Notes: generated by a model from the letters alone, not told the origin. A stretch of 54,606 nucleotides of DNA from a virus (IMGVR_UViG_3300030107_003944:1-54606); one strand, 5' to 3'; positions 18,272 to 26,842 are shown, counted from the stretch's first letter. A program made the numbers and translations.

Positions 18272-20161
18272 ATGTCAGTACAACCCGGGCAAGTAGAGAG
18301 GGAAAAACGAAGGCTCGAACGAAGACGTAGAAAAGCCAGAGCAAAGGCTAAACAAGAAGCCTTCCTGCGCTCTATGTCGGCAGATGACTGGCTCGATCTC
18401 GCCGCTCTGTATTCCTATTACGACCATACACACTATCGTGAAGGAGACACAGGAGATGTCCCCCGCTCCCCTCGGGCAAGAAGAAAGTGGCTGAATGACT
18501 GGCGTCCCTCCTTGAGTGAAGAGGAACAGAAAGAGGCTAAAGAAGTATTTGACGCTCTCTGGTCTGGAGGAGACCCTCCCCCGGGCACTCCTCGTAGCGT
18601 AGAAGATCTCTACAAGCTTCTATCGATACAAAAAGTCTTTCCTGATTTTTCCAAGATGACTCCAGAAGAAGCGCAGGCTGTGAGAAGAGGAGAAGATCCC
18701 TTCACTCAGTTTGATGAAGAGCGGGACTCGCCTCGGGAAAGGGAGGGAGTAGGTCCAGTTCGGGGGCGAATCTACGAGGATGTTGGAAGTCGAGGAGATC
18801 GACTCTCTGGCAGAGGAACCCGTCGAATGTTTCGCTATCATCCAGTCTTCTCTCCGGGGACTCAACCAGAAGGCATGTGGCTTTGGGGAAATCTACTCAA
18901 AGCCGGAGGAAAAAAAGTCTTCACTGAAGTCCTTGGTCCTGCTTTGGCAAAGAGACAAGATCAACAGCGAGAGATGGTTCAGGATCGTCTTGCAACACTT
19001 CGAGGACAGTATGAGCCCTCCTATTCAAGAGGGTGGTGGAATACGATGGAAGCCCTTCGCGAAGTTCCACCAGAAGATCTTCTAAAGACAGTCTTACGGG
19101 GAGATCTTCCTGGACAGGAGCCGAATCGACTGGGAGTTCAAGGAAGAGCCTATGCCCACTGGGCGTTGATCAACAAGATGAAGCCCGGATTTTTCGAGGT
19201 TCCCCAAGAGGGTCCACTCGGCATGTGGGCTCCTATCGGAGAGAGTACTGGGATAGGTCCAGAAGGACGGAACGTCCCCTGGTTTCCAGATAAACTCGAA
19301 AATGTAGCGCACTTCGTAGTGACGGGGGGACTCTCTGCCTTTCTTCCAGAAGCAGAGCCCCCCGCTTGGGAAAACCCAGGGTCTCAAATCCATCAGGCAC
19401 GAGAGGGGGATCTGATGAAAGAAGACAACTGGCATGTATGGAATATCCAAGAGAAGAATGCCGCCCTTCTTGGGCAATATGAGGCGATGGAGTTCATTCA
19501 CAGACAAATCATCGAAAACAAGGAAAGTCTGGATCAAGTCAACCAAAAGTTCGAGGCAGGAACGATCTCTGAGAGAGAAGCCACCCGAAGAACTTTAGGT
19601 CTGATGGGAGTAGAGATTACTCCATCTCTAAATGAAAGTTTGAACAAGCTTCCAGATGAGGTTCTTCCCCCAGAAGAGCCTCCAGACCCTGTTCCTCTTT
19701 CTCTCGCACAGCGAGATGCTTTGATCCGTGAGGGGAAAGAAATCCCTCCTCATTATCTCGTTAAAACGGAATGGGACGAGGAAGAGAAGAAAAAGTTTGA
19801 GGAGGAATGGGAGACTCCAACTCCTACAGGAAGTCTTCAAGAAATCTACGGATTAGATGACTCGGGATCTCCTACGGGGATGACTCCCGAGCAGGCATAT
19901 GAAGAACACTTTTGGCAAAAGCAGGATCTTCCTTCTGATCTGACTCAGACCGAGCCGTTCCCCGGCTGGAGTCCCCCCACTCCAGAACAGACATATCAAC
20001 AAGAAGTCCTGGACTGGCATCCTCCTAAGATCTTTCCTACGGATCCTTCTCCAGATCCGGCTCCTAAAACAAAGAGAGTCAAGAGGAGAACCTCATTCGC
20101 CAAAGACCCCCTCACAGGAGAGTATCTCAATCCTGAAGTGTGGATCGAGGTTCCGGAGTAG
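18272..20161 (+). CDS. Hypothetical protein (basic N-terminus, Pro/Glu-rich C-terminus)
   Basis: 629-aa ORF with genome-typical codon usage and no recognisable motif. Confidence 0.7.
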   Translation: MSVQPGQVEREKRRLERRRRKARAKAKQEAFLRSMSADDWLDLAALYSYYDHTHYREGDTGDVPRSPRARRKWLNDWRPSLSEEEQKEAKEVFDALWSGGDPPPGTPRSVEDLYKLLSIQKVFPDFSKMTPEEAQAVRRGEDPFTQFDEERDSPREREGVGPVRGRIYEDVGSRGDRLSGRGTRRMFRYHPVFSPGTQPEGMWLWGNLLKAGGKKVFTEVLGPALAKRQDQQREMVQDRLATLRGQYEPSYSRGWWNTMEALREVPPEDLLKTVLRGDLPGQEPNRLGVQGRAYAHWALINKMKPGFFEVPQEGPLGMWAPIGESTGIGPEGRNVPWFPDKLENVAHFVVTGGLSAFLPEAEPPAWENPGSQIHQAREGDLMKEDNWHVWNIQEKNAALLGQYEAMEFIHRQIIENKESLDQVNQKFEAGTISEREATRRTLGLMGVEITPSLNESLNKLPDEVLPPEEPPDPVPLSLAQRDALIREGKEIPPHYLVKTEWDEEEKKKFEEEWETPTPTGSLQEIYGLDDSGSPTGMTPEQAYEEHFWQKQDLPSDLTQTEPFPGWSPPTPEQTYQQEVLDWHPPKIFPTDPSPDPAPKTKRVKRRTSFAKDPLTGEYLNPEVWIEVPE

Positions 20162-20163
20162 AA

Positions 20164-20508
20164 ATGGCAAGTAAGATTAGTTGTCCGAGCCACAATGGTT
20201 CGAAGAAGAGAGACTATGAGTGTGAAAAAAGACAACGCGCTGATGTCCCAAAGAAAGAGTTAGAAGAGAAGAAACGAAAACACGCTGATCGTTCTCGGGC
20301 TTACCGACGTCAGAATGGCAAAAAAGGAGATGGAAAAGATAATCATTCTCCTTCGGGCCACAGAAAGAACAATGGTAAAACAGTCTCAGTGAGCGAAAAA
20401 GACAATAAAAACTACTGGGATGAGAACCGTTCCGATAAGGAAGAAATCAAGAAAAAGATTTCAGCCTCCCTCCGGGCAAACAGAAAGAAGCAAACGAGGA
20501 AATCATAA
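20164..20508 (+). CDS. Small basic protein resembling a degenerate phage HNH protein
   Basis: RDYE...RSRAYRR..GKKGDGKDNH...KNNGKTVSVSEKDN resembles the RDY..E/GDGKDVDH small HNH family. Start moved to the ATG after GGAG. Confidence 0.5.
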   Translation: MASKISCPSHNGSKKRDYECEKRQRADVPKKELEEKKRKHADRSRAYRRQNGKKGDGKDNHSPSGHRKNNGKTVSVSEKDNKNYWDENRSDKEEIKKKISASLRANRKKQTRKS

Positions 20509-21482
20509 TGGCAAGAACATCACCCGCAGCGGCGGGAGGAAGAACAGTTCCAGCACCTGCTACTGGCGGTGGCGGTGGCGGTGGAGGGGGTAATCCCTGG
20601 GAAGACTGGGTTGAGTTCGATCTTTCTAAAATCGCAGATGAGAGCGAGTGGAAGAAAATCGAGGGCGCTGGCATCGGGGCGATCGACGTCACAGCAGCCA
20701 TGTCAGGTGACCAACTTCACGTCACCTTTCCCGACATCGGCAGCGGGTACAACGCACGGAACATCACCACCACACAGCACGGGTTGTGGTTCATTAAAAA
20801 AATAAAGCTCGATCCCTGGGCGAATCAAGCGACTCCTGCGGGCCAAGCGGCGCACAACTTTCAAAGTGAGAGCACGCTCCTGAAACTTGAGATGCAGTTC
20901 GATCACACGAATGGGCCTATCAATGGAACATCCGATCAAGGTTATGGCCATCAGGTACATGCTGCTTGTGGGATTATTGCCTATGCATCTGACCAGGGCA
21001 CAGATCCACCTCTCCCTGGCACCACAAACTATGCCGGAGTGTGTGTAACAAAGAATCGGTCCAACGATCCTAACAACTTCAGCAATGCTACTCAGAAGCT
21101 CAGCATGTACAAGTCCGGCCTTTTCAGCCGTCATGGAAAAGGTCTGGGAGAGGGGAGAATCTGGCGAAACCAACCGGGTAGTGACACAACTTCCCACGAT
21201 GCGATTGTATTTCAAGCTGGTGTTTCTACAAACTTAGTTGCACATCCTATTGGCTCCTACAACGAGCAAATGCCCTCTGGCTCTTATGCTACTACCGATC
21301 CTTTTGGACCAATGGTTGCGGCTACCCAGACAACAAACAACGCTACTCGTTTTGGCGGGAAGCATTTATATCTGGCGTGCTGGTTCGGTTTCGACGTTAA
21401 CGGAAAGAAGGGTGGTGTTATCCGTATCACAAAGTTCCGCTACCTACTACAACCCCTTTCCGCACGCGCCGCACTGGAGTAA
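20508..21482 (+). CDS. Putative virion / receptor-binding protein
   Basis: 324 aa. Short N-terminal anchor, poly-Gly linker, then a beta-rich globular domain. TAATG coupling to the previous gene. Confidence 0.5.
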   Translation: MARTSPAAAGGRTVPAPATGGGGGGGGGNPWEDWVEFDLSKIADESEWKKIEGAGIGAIDVTAAMSGDQLHVTFPDIGSGYNARNITTTQHGLWFIKKIKLDPWANQATPAGQAAHNFQSESTLLKLEMQFDHTNGPINGTSDQGYGHQVHAACGIIAYASDQGTDPPLPGTTNYAGVCVTKNRSNDPNNFSNATQKLSMYKSGLFSRHGKGLGEGRIWRNQPGSDTTSHDAIVFQAGVSTNLVAHPIGSYNEQMPSGSYATTDPFGPMVAATQTTNNATRFGGKHLYLACWFGFDVNGKKGGVIRITKFRYLLQPLSARAALE

Positions 21483-21484
21483 TC

Positions 21485-21772
21485 ATGGCTGCTATCTGCC
21501 TGTTTGAGACGAAAAGTACGAGTGCAGCCGACGATATAGTTGCTGCTGTAGATACTGGAGAACTGTGGGGCGTAGACATGGGCACCACCTCCGGGAGTTC
21601 TTCTTATTCTAAGTACGCTTTAGTTGAGTGTACTGCGAACAGAGCCATTCAAATCACTGGTGTGATTCCCGAAGACGTCTCGCTTAGCGTTATTGATGAC
21701 GACGTGGCCAGCTTCACAAATGCTACAGCAAACGAAAAAGTGTGGTATTTACGCGGTAAGATTGGGGGCTAA
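21485..21772 (+). CDS. Hypothetical protein
   Basis: 95 aa, SD GGAG. Confidence 0.65.
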   Translation: MAAICLFETKSTSAADDIVAAVDTGELWGVDMGTTSGSSSYSKYALVECTANRAIQITGVIPEDVSLSVIDDDVASFTNATANEKVWYLRGKIGG

Positions 21773-21775
21773 TGA

Positions 21776-21967
21776 ATGGAACAGCGAGTTCGAAAGCTTG
21801 AAACTGATGTAGCTGTACTGGGCCAGAGACAGGACACGGTAGAGTCAGAAGTGTCTTCCATTCGGGCAGATATTCAGGGGATCAAGAAAGAGATCCACAA
21901 AGCCCAAGGTTTGATTCTGGCCACTGTGGTTATCATGCAGTGTATTGCAATCTTCATGGAGGGGTAA
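21776..21967 (+). CDS. Coiled-coil protein with C-terminal TM (XhlA-like lysis accessory)
   Basis: Heptad coiled coil followed by hydrophobic LILATVVIMQCIAIFM. Confidence 0.55.
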   Translation: MEQRVRKLETDVAVLGQRQDTVESEVSSIRADIQGIKKEIHKAQGLILATVVIMQCIAIFMEG

Positions 21968-22126
21968 ATGGAAGGCGAGGTATTAGCGCAGTACCTTGAC
22001 CTGGGCATGACTGCCGTTTTTATCGGCTATCTCATCAACCAGAATAGACGGATGGGCAGACAACTCACGAAGATGACCCGAAAGTATGAGGAACTCTTTG
22101 AGCGCGTACTGAAAGCAGTTGAATAG
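21968..22126 (+). CDS. BhlA/UviB-like holin, 52 aa (not in the ORF track)
   Basis: My translation: MEGEVLAQYLDLGMTAVFIGYLINQNRRMGRQLTKMTRKYEELFERVLKAVE. One short hydrophobic segment, then a charged helix with KYEEL. SD GGAGG. Abuts the previous stop. Confidence 0.55.
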   Translation: MEGEVLAQYLDLGMTAVFIGYLINQNRRMGRQLTKMTRKYEELFERVLKAVE

Positions 22127-22166
22127 ATAATCGCGTCCCAACTATAGCGATTTCCAAGGAACAGGC

Positions 22167-22352
22167 ATGAAAAACTTGAAGTGGCAGGAAGATGTGCCCT
22201 TTATTGATTGGCTCATCTCCAAGAACTATGCAGAAATAAAGGATGGAAAAGTCCAACCTCATACATCGTTAGGTCTTGTGTTGTATATGCATGAGGCTTA
22301 TCGAGCAGGGCTTAACCAAAGAGGAGGGCCTCGTGGCACACTTCTCTCTTGA
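22167..22352 (+). CDS. Hypothetical protein
   Basis: 61 aa filling the gap before the DUF2589-like pair. Confidence 0.55.
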   Translation: MKNLKWQEDVPFIDWLISKNYAEIKDGKVQPHTSLGLVLYMHEAYRAGLNQRGGPRGTLLS

Positions 22353-22821
22353 TGAGTTTGTTGGAGCAATCCAAGAAGCCGTCGTCAAATCAACAGACAT
22401 TGCTGAACAGCATGAACTGAACCACATTCGGCAAGAAGAATACTGGATTGATACCGGAGAGAAAGACAAAGATGGGCAACCTATCTTCCGTCCTCGAATG
22501 GTGACAGTTCGTTTGCCCGTTTGGGACGAGGGCAAACAAGTCCAGAAGGACATCCAGGTTCCGATGCAAACACTCGTCACCGGACAATCTCTCGCCATCG
22601 AAGAGCTAACCGTTCAGATGGATGTCGAACTTCAAGGCATGGAGGATGGAGCAGATCTCGGGTGTACGCATAGAAAGCTGAAGATAAATCCTTCAATAGG
22701 TGGAAATGGGTGGTTCGCCAAAAAGAGAAATACTGCTAAGATCTCAATAACTTTCAAGGGGCAGGACCCTCCAGAAGGTTATGCAAGGATTGATAACCAA
22801 CTAATCAAACTACTTCCGTAG
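22333..22821 (+). CDS. DUF2589-like protein (short paralog)
   Basis: GTG start after GAGGAGG. Motifs SLDEFVGAIQEAVV, IQVPMQTLV...SLAIEELTVQMDVEL and AKISITFKGQDPPEGYARI. Confidence 0.75.
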   Translation: MAHFSLDEFVGAIQEAVVKSTDIAEQHELNHIRQEEYWIDTGEKDKDGQPIFRPRMVTVRLPVWDEGKQVQKDIQVPMQTLVTGQSLAIEELTVQMDVELQGMEDGADLGCTHRKLKINPSIGGNGWFAKKRNTAKISITFKGQDPPEGYARIDNQLIKLLP

Positions 22822-22830
22822 GAGAGAACA

Positions 22831-23490
22831 ATGCCAGATGGCCTCGTGAAAATGTCAGATCAGTTTGGTGGATTGCCAATGGACCAGCTCATTGGTGGTC
22901 CGCTGGCGGCTGCTTGTAACTCCCAGATTCAACTCGCTAAAGCAACGGCTGACTTTATCCAGAATGTTGGCTTAGTGACTGATGCTAATGGTGTGATGAA
23001 AGCTCGGACTGTTGACTTTACCTACACGAAGCCCGTAAATGATGGAAACGGTGGGTACACAGAAGTTACCAACCAACTCGATGTTCCTATCCTGGCGATT
23101 CTGAATACTCCCTCGCTTCAAGTGAAGGAGGTTGAAGTAGACTTCACGATGGAAGTGAAATCCAGCACATCAGAGAAGTCCAGCCGAGACTACGAAGCTA
23201 CTCTCGATACCGAGATCAAAGCAGGATGGGGTCCAGTAAGCGTTGACGTGAAGATTCACGGATCGGTTTCCGCTAAAAGCGAGAATGCTCGCTCTTCTGA
23301 CAACTCAGCTAAGTACAACGTAAAGGTCATTGCCCGCGATGATGGAATGCCCGAAGGGTTGAAGCGTTGCCTGGACATCGTTCAACAAGCCATTGCAGAA
23401 AAACCCCAAGCCGGTCCTCCTGTGAATCAGCCTGTGAATCAGCCTGCGAACCCTCCGGCAAATCCAACCAATCCTCCAGGTAACGGGTGA
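22831..23490 (+). CDS. DUF2589-like protein (long paralog)
   Basis: FGGLPMDQLIGGPLAAAC.SQ..LA.AT.DFI..VG; LDVPILAIL..PSL.V.EV.VDF.MEV; SDNSAKYNVKV.A....MPEGL.R.LDI. Confidence 0.85.
   Translation: MPDGLVKMSDQFGGLPMDQLIGGPLAAACNSQIQLAKATADFIQNVGLVTDANGVMKARTVDFTYTKPVNDGNGGYTEVTNQLDVPILAILNTPSLQVKEVEVDFTMEVKSSTSEKSSRDYEATLDTEIKAGWGPVSVDVKIHGSVSAKSENARSSDNSAKYNVKVIARDDGMPEGLKRCLDIVQQAIAEKPQAGPPVNQPVNQPANPPANPTNPPGNG
23419..23451 (+). repeat. 12-bp tandem repeat (CCTGTGAATCAG) x2 plus a partial unit, encoding the PVNQ/PAN tail
   Basis: Seen directly in the sequence. Confidence 0.8.
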
Positions 23491-23496
23491 TAAGTC

Positions 23497-23724
23497 ATGA
23501 AGAATAGAGGAAAAATCCTACAACAAGCAATCATCATGGCAGAAGATCTCTTCCCCGGGCCAAAGAAGGGGAAAGAGAAGCGAGCCTGGGTTATCAAGTT
23601 CATCAACGAACACGTCAATTTCCCAATCCTCAATGAGAGGCAAGAGGCAAAGATCATTGGATTCGCTGTTGATGTTTTATGCGACCTCATGTTCCAAAAA
23701 GTCCAGGAGATCAAACAACAATGA
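23497..23724 (+). CDS. Small lysis-region protein (resembles the soluble part of LL-H-type holins)
   Basis: AIIMAEDLFPG..KGKEKR.WV motif. ATGA-coupled to the endolysin. Confidence 0.5.
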   Translation: MKNRGKILQQAIIMAEDLFPGPKKGKEKRAWVIKFINEHVNFPILNERQEAKIIGFAVDVLCDLMFQKVQEIKQQ

Positions 23725-24314
23725 TTCCTGCACTACTCCAACACGTCCAATCCCTGGGCCACAAGGTTTTCGATGGTGGCCATGCCTACAATCTGAACAT
23801 CATTGGCATCCGAAACAAGGAACAGGGAAACTCTTTCAACGATTTTCTTTGTTGCGTCTACCGAGAAGAAGAAAACGGTCCTTGGATCGTGAAGTATTGG
23901 GAAGCGACGACTGATCCGGGCAAGTTCTGTCTTGAGAACCCGGAAGTCTATGGAACATCAGCCGGGACGGCAATCATTGTCCCTGGGCAGTACCGAGGAG
24001 CCTACAAGTTAGACCTCCATCGAGGAAAATACGAAGCTTTGTGTCAGCGGAATGGAAAGATAAAAGTCTACCGAGACGGCAATAGAGACGACATCGTGGA
24101 TATGGACCCTGATACGATTCAGGAAGGATATTTCGGATGCAACATCCATAAAGCTGGCACAAACTCTACCAGAGTAGATAAATGGTCCGCAGGGTGCCAG
24201 GTTTTTGCCCGGAGTAAGGATTTTGAGGAGTTAATTTCCTTGTGCCATAAGCAAATCGAACATCACCCCAACTGGGCAAAGACTTTCACATACACCCTCA
24301 TCACGGAGTGGTAA
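23721..24314 (+). CDS. Endolysin with a YkuD/L,D-transpeptidase-like His/Cys catalytic domain
   Basis: LNIIGIR, ATTDPG, PGQY, VYRD.N.D, GCNIH...WSAGCQV, FTYTL. Start taken at the ATGA overlap. Confidence 0.75.
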   Translation: MIPALLQHVQSLGHKVFDGGHAYNLNIIGIRNKEQGNSFNDFLCCVYREEENGPWIVKYWEATTDPGKFCLENPEVYGTSAGTAIIVPGQYRGAYKLDLHRGKYEALCQRNGKIKVYRDGNRDDIVDMDPDTIQEGYFGCNIHKAGTNSTRVDKWSAGCQVFARSKDFEELISLCHKQIEHHPNWAKTFTYTLITEW

Positions 24315-24316
24315 AA

Positions 24317-24520
24317 ATGGAAAAACTCAAAGAACTTTGGAAGAAACTCAACCCCCGAGTAGCGATTGTCGGAGGAGTAGTCGTAGTTTCTACTACGCTC
24401 GGAACCTGCCATCTCTTAGGTGAAGAAGAGGCTCCCAAAACAGAAGAAGCCGCCCCGGAGGAAGCTCCAGCAGAAGAAAAACCCGCTGAAGCTCCCCAAC
24501 CAGAGGCGACTGAAGAGTAG
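24317..24520 (+). CDS. Small membrane-anchored protein with Glu/Ala/Pro tail
   Basis: Basic N-terminus, hydrophobic VAIVGGVVVVSTTLG, Cys, then an acidic disordered tail. Lies next to the endolysin. Confidence 0.6.
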   Translation: MEKLKELWKKLNPRVAIVGGVVVVSTTLGTCHLLGEEEAPKTEEAAPEEAPAEEKPAEAPQPEATEE

Positions 24521-24524
24521 AAGG

Positions 24525-24613
24525 GCGATGGGGGAGACCTTGGCGTTGGGCCCAGGAGAGTTGGACGTGCCTGTTCTTTCTGTCCTACTCCTCTCCCCCA
24601 TCGCTTATTTTTT
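24525..24613 (+). terminator. Structured RNA / terminator-like element at the end of the lysis region
   Basis: Perfect 13-bp stem GCGATGGGGGAGA (24525-24537) / TCTCCCCCATCGC (24592-24604) enclosing 54 nt, followed by TTATTTTTT. Confidence 0.55.
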
Positions 24614-24625
24614 AGGAGAAAAGAA

Positions 24626-24742
24626 ATGCCCTTCAAGAAGGTAGGTAAGGACAAGTGGAAATCCCCTTCAGGGAAGAAGATGTCCGGGAAACAAGTTCGG
24701 GCTTACTACGCCAAGGTCAATGGATCTAAGAAGAAGAAGTGA
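24626..24742 (+). CDS. 38-aa basic protein (not in the ORF track)
   Basis: MPFKKVGKDKWKSPSGKKMSGKQVRAYYAKVNGSKKKK. SD AGGAG. Resembles a small phage family I recall with an MPFKKVG..K..SPSG motif. Overlaps the convergent gene end. Confidence 0.65.
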   Translation: MPFKKVGKDKWKSPSGKKMSGKQVRAYYAKVNGSKKKK

Positions 24743-26060
24743 TTTCCAGAGGCTCTCCGACTGTCCGAGAGATCTGAACGTACTTCCAGTTTGCTTTCTT
24801 CTTCCCCTTTGGGCGAATGGTCGTCATTAAGATGACCTGGGGCTTGGCTTTCTCTAAGACTTTCATCGTCTTAGAAAGAGTATCCGCATCCCACATGCGA
24901 TCATCTACGACAATCAAGTCATTCTCATCTCCCAGGGCAGAAGCGATAGCTGCGAGAACTCGCGCCTCAGTACTCCCGGAAAGCGCCACATCCACTGGAC
25001 CACCTTCTCCTCGCCAGAGACCAATCTCAAATGTGGGAGAAGTGGGGTCGAAGTGTAGCTTTTCTGGTTTGGGAAGGAATGAAGATACGAGTTCAATGAA
25101 CTCATCTGATGCCCTATCAAGCATGTCAAACATTACTCGGAGGATCTCTCCCTTCAGTTTCTTCAAAGAATCCTGAAGACTCTTTGCTCTGACCTCACCA
25201 TTCCGGGCTGCGGAAGCGGCACGGGAAAGTCTCTTCGAGAGTAGGACTTCAGACATTTCTCCCTGAACTTCCTCTGTCGGAGGGATTCGCTTGATGGCCT
25301 CCTCTCCTCCTAAGTAGTCAATGAGATGCCGAAGAACATGCTTTGCTTGGAGAGTTGGATCCGAGCGATAATCGATGTAGATCATCTGAACTAAGTCTCG
25401 AAGGTGGGCTCGTGACAGCCCCTTTCCAATCCCTTTGACTTCTTCATCAGAAACACTCTTGAAAGAGCCGAGGGATTCCAGAGCAATCTGTCCTGCCTTC
25501 ACCACTGAGGATTGGTTTCTTTGTATCTTGCCCAGCCGTGTGAGAACTTCTACCAAACTCACAGAGCCTTCCATTCCTGGAAGGACTAAGATGAGAGCCT
25601 CTTGAAGATCAGATGGGATCTCAGAGAGTAGGTCTCCTACTGGAACAGACTCACAGAGCTTCTCCCAGAAGAACTTAGCTTTCGTCTCTGGGTTTCCTGC
25701 CATCACAGCATGGAGTTCTGCGACGGAAAGAGCCGCTCCTTCTGGTCCTTCTCTCTTGGGGCGTTTCCCCTTTTCCAACTCCCAAAAGCAAGTCTCTCCA
25801 TCACTCAACTCTGCATCAACACTACAAGAACTACTTCCGTGAGGAATCAAAGAAGAGAGGAGAGATCCATCTTTGATGGGTTTATCTCTATAGAGGAGAC
25901 CGAATGCACTCCCCACTCGGGCAAGTTGAATCGACTCGGCGATGGCACTCTTGCCTGCTTCATTGTCCCCAATAAGAACAGTGTTCTTTCCAAGGTCTAC
26001 GTTGTAGGGCAAACTGTCGGGGCTTTTCACGGTAGACGTGATTCGTACTACATGACTCAT
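24726..26060 (-). CDS. SbcC/Rad50-like ABC-type ATPase
   Basis: Walker A GDNEAGKS near the N-terminus, helical middle, signature-like LSGST, Walker B LIVVDD. Start placed at the ATGA overlap (MSHVV). Confidence 0.7.
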   Translation of the reverse strand: MSHVVRITSTVKSPDSLPYNVDLGKNTVLIGDNEAGKSAIAESIQLARVGSAFGLLYRDKPIKDGSLLSSLIPHGSSSCSVDAELSDGETCFWELEKGKRPKREGPEGAALSVAELHAVMAGNPETKAKFFWEKLCESVPVGDLLSEIPSDLQEALILVLPGMEGSVSLVEVLTRLGKIQRNQSSVVKAGQIALESLGSFKSVSDEEVKGIGKGLSRAHLRDLVQMIYIDYRSDPTLQAKHVLRHLIDYLGGEEAIKRIPPTEEVQGEMSEVLLSKRLSRAASAARNGEVRAKSLQDSLKKLKGEILRVMFDMLDRASDEFIELVSSFLPKPEKLHFDPTSPTFEIGLWRGEGGPVDVALSGSTEARVLAAIASALGDENDLIVVDDRMWDADTLSKTMKVLEKAKPQVILMTTIRPKGKKKANWKYVQISRTVGEPLEITSSS

Positions 26061-26329
26061 TTGTATTTCTCCCAAAGCTCGCAAGTAATGGAGCCGAATT
26101 TATCTTCATACACATGAACGAGGGCAGCGCCGTTCGCTCGACTGGGAATAGAAGTTCCCTTCTTCCAGCGAATTAGGCTTTGTACACTGGGATTAGTGCC
26201 TGCCAAGTAATCACTCATCTTTACAGCGATGAGTTCTAAAGACATTCCAGAGGCCAGAAGTTCTTCAACTATAGGTCCGGTGTCTGTTCTGGCTTTCGCC
26301 AGCGTTTCCATATCAATCTGTCGAGCCAT
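26057..26329 (-). CDS. XRE-like helix-turn-helix protein
   Basis: GMSLELIA...SVQSLIRWKKGTSIPS. SD AAGGAG before MARQ. Confidence 0.6.
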   Translation of the reverse strand: MARQIDMETLAKARTDTGPIVEELLASGMSLELIAVKMSDYLAGTNPSVQSLIRWKKGTSIPSRANGAALVHVYEDKFGSITCELWEKYK

Positions 26330-26783
26330 GTTCTTTCTCCTTGAAAGGAAGTTCGAGTTGTTGAGGTTGAGGCTCACAGCGGAATCCTTCTTGCCAGTCG
26401 TCTACATCAAAGGGGTAGACTTGGGTGATTCGCTCAAGCTTTTCATCAGAGAGCAAGAAGACAGGACGGCCTGCTCGAACTGCCAAATCGACAATCTGAG
26501 CAGTCGCCCTGCCTACTGTTGTGCCGGGAACTACGATAAAATCGTAGTAGGGTTTTCGAGTGATGGCGTGCTCTCTTTTCACCACACTCTTGGTCCAGAC
26601 ATTCCAGTCTCCACGACAATGGATTCGAAAGTCCTCATGTCCGGGGACTACGGATACTTTCAAATCCTTACCCGCACGCTCTCCCTTGGCACGGATAAGT
26701 TCTTGTATTCGAATACTATTCTGGGAGATCGTTTCAGTGTCCTCTCCCGAAGGATGAGCATAAAAGATTCTAATCAGTTTCAT
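26313..26783 (-). CDS. Nucleoside 2-deoxyribosyltransferase-like / Rossmannoid protein
   Basis: RIFYAHP...YDFIVVP...VGRAT..IVDLA.RAGRPVFLL. An alternative TTG start lies at 26846. Confidence 0.5.
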   Translation of the reverse strand: MKLIRIFYAHPSGEDTETISQNSIRIQELIRAKGERAGKDLKVSVVPGHEDFRIHCRGDWNVWTKSVVKREHAITRKPYYDFIVVPGTTVGRATAQIVDLAVRAGRPVFLLSDEKLERITQVYPFDVDDWQEGFRCEPQPQQLELPFKEKEHGSTD

Positions 26784-26842
26784 AAGTTTTCCCTTTCCTC
26801 GCCACTCTCGGCAGCGGTCACATTCACAGATGATCGAGCTTC

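Noticed and set aside
24317-24520. o-spanin or u-spanin lipoprotein
   Set aside because: LGTC is not a canonical lipobox, there is no C-terminal TM, and no i-spanin partner was seen. Kept only as a membrane protein.
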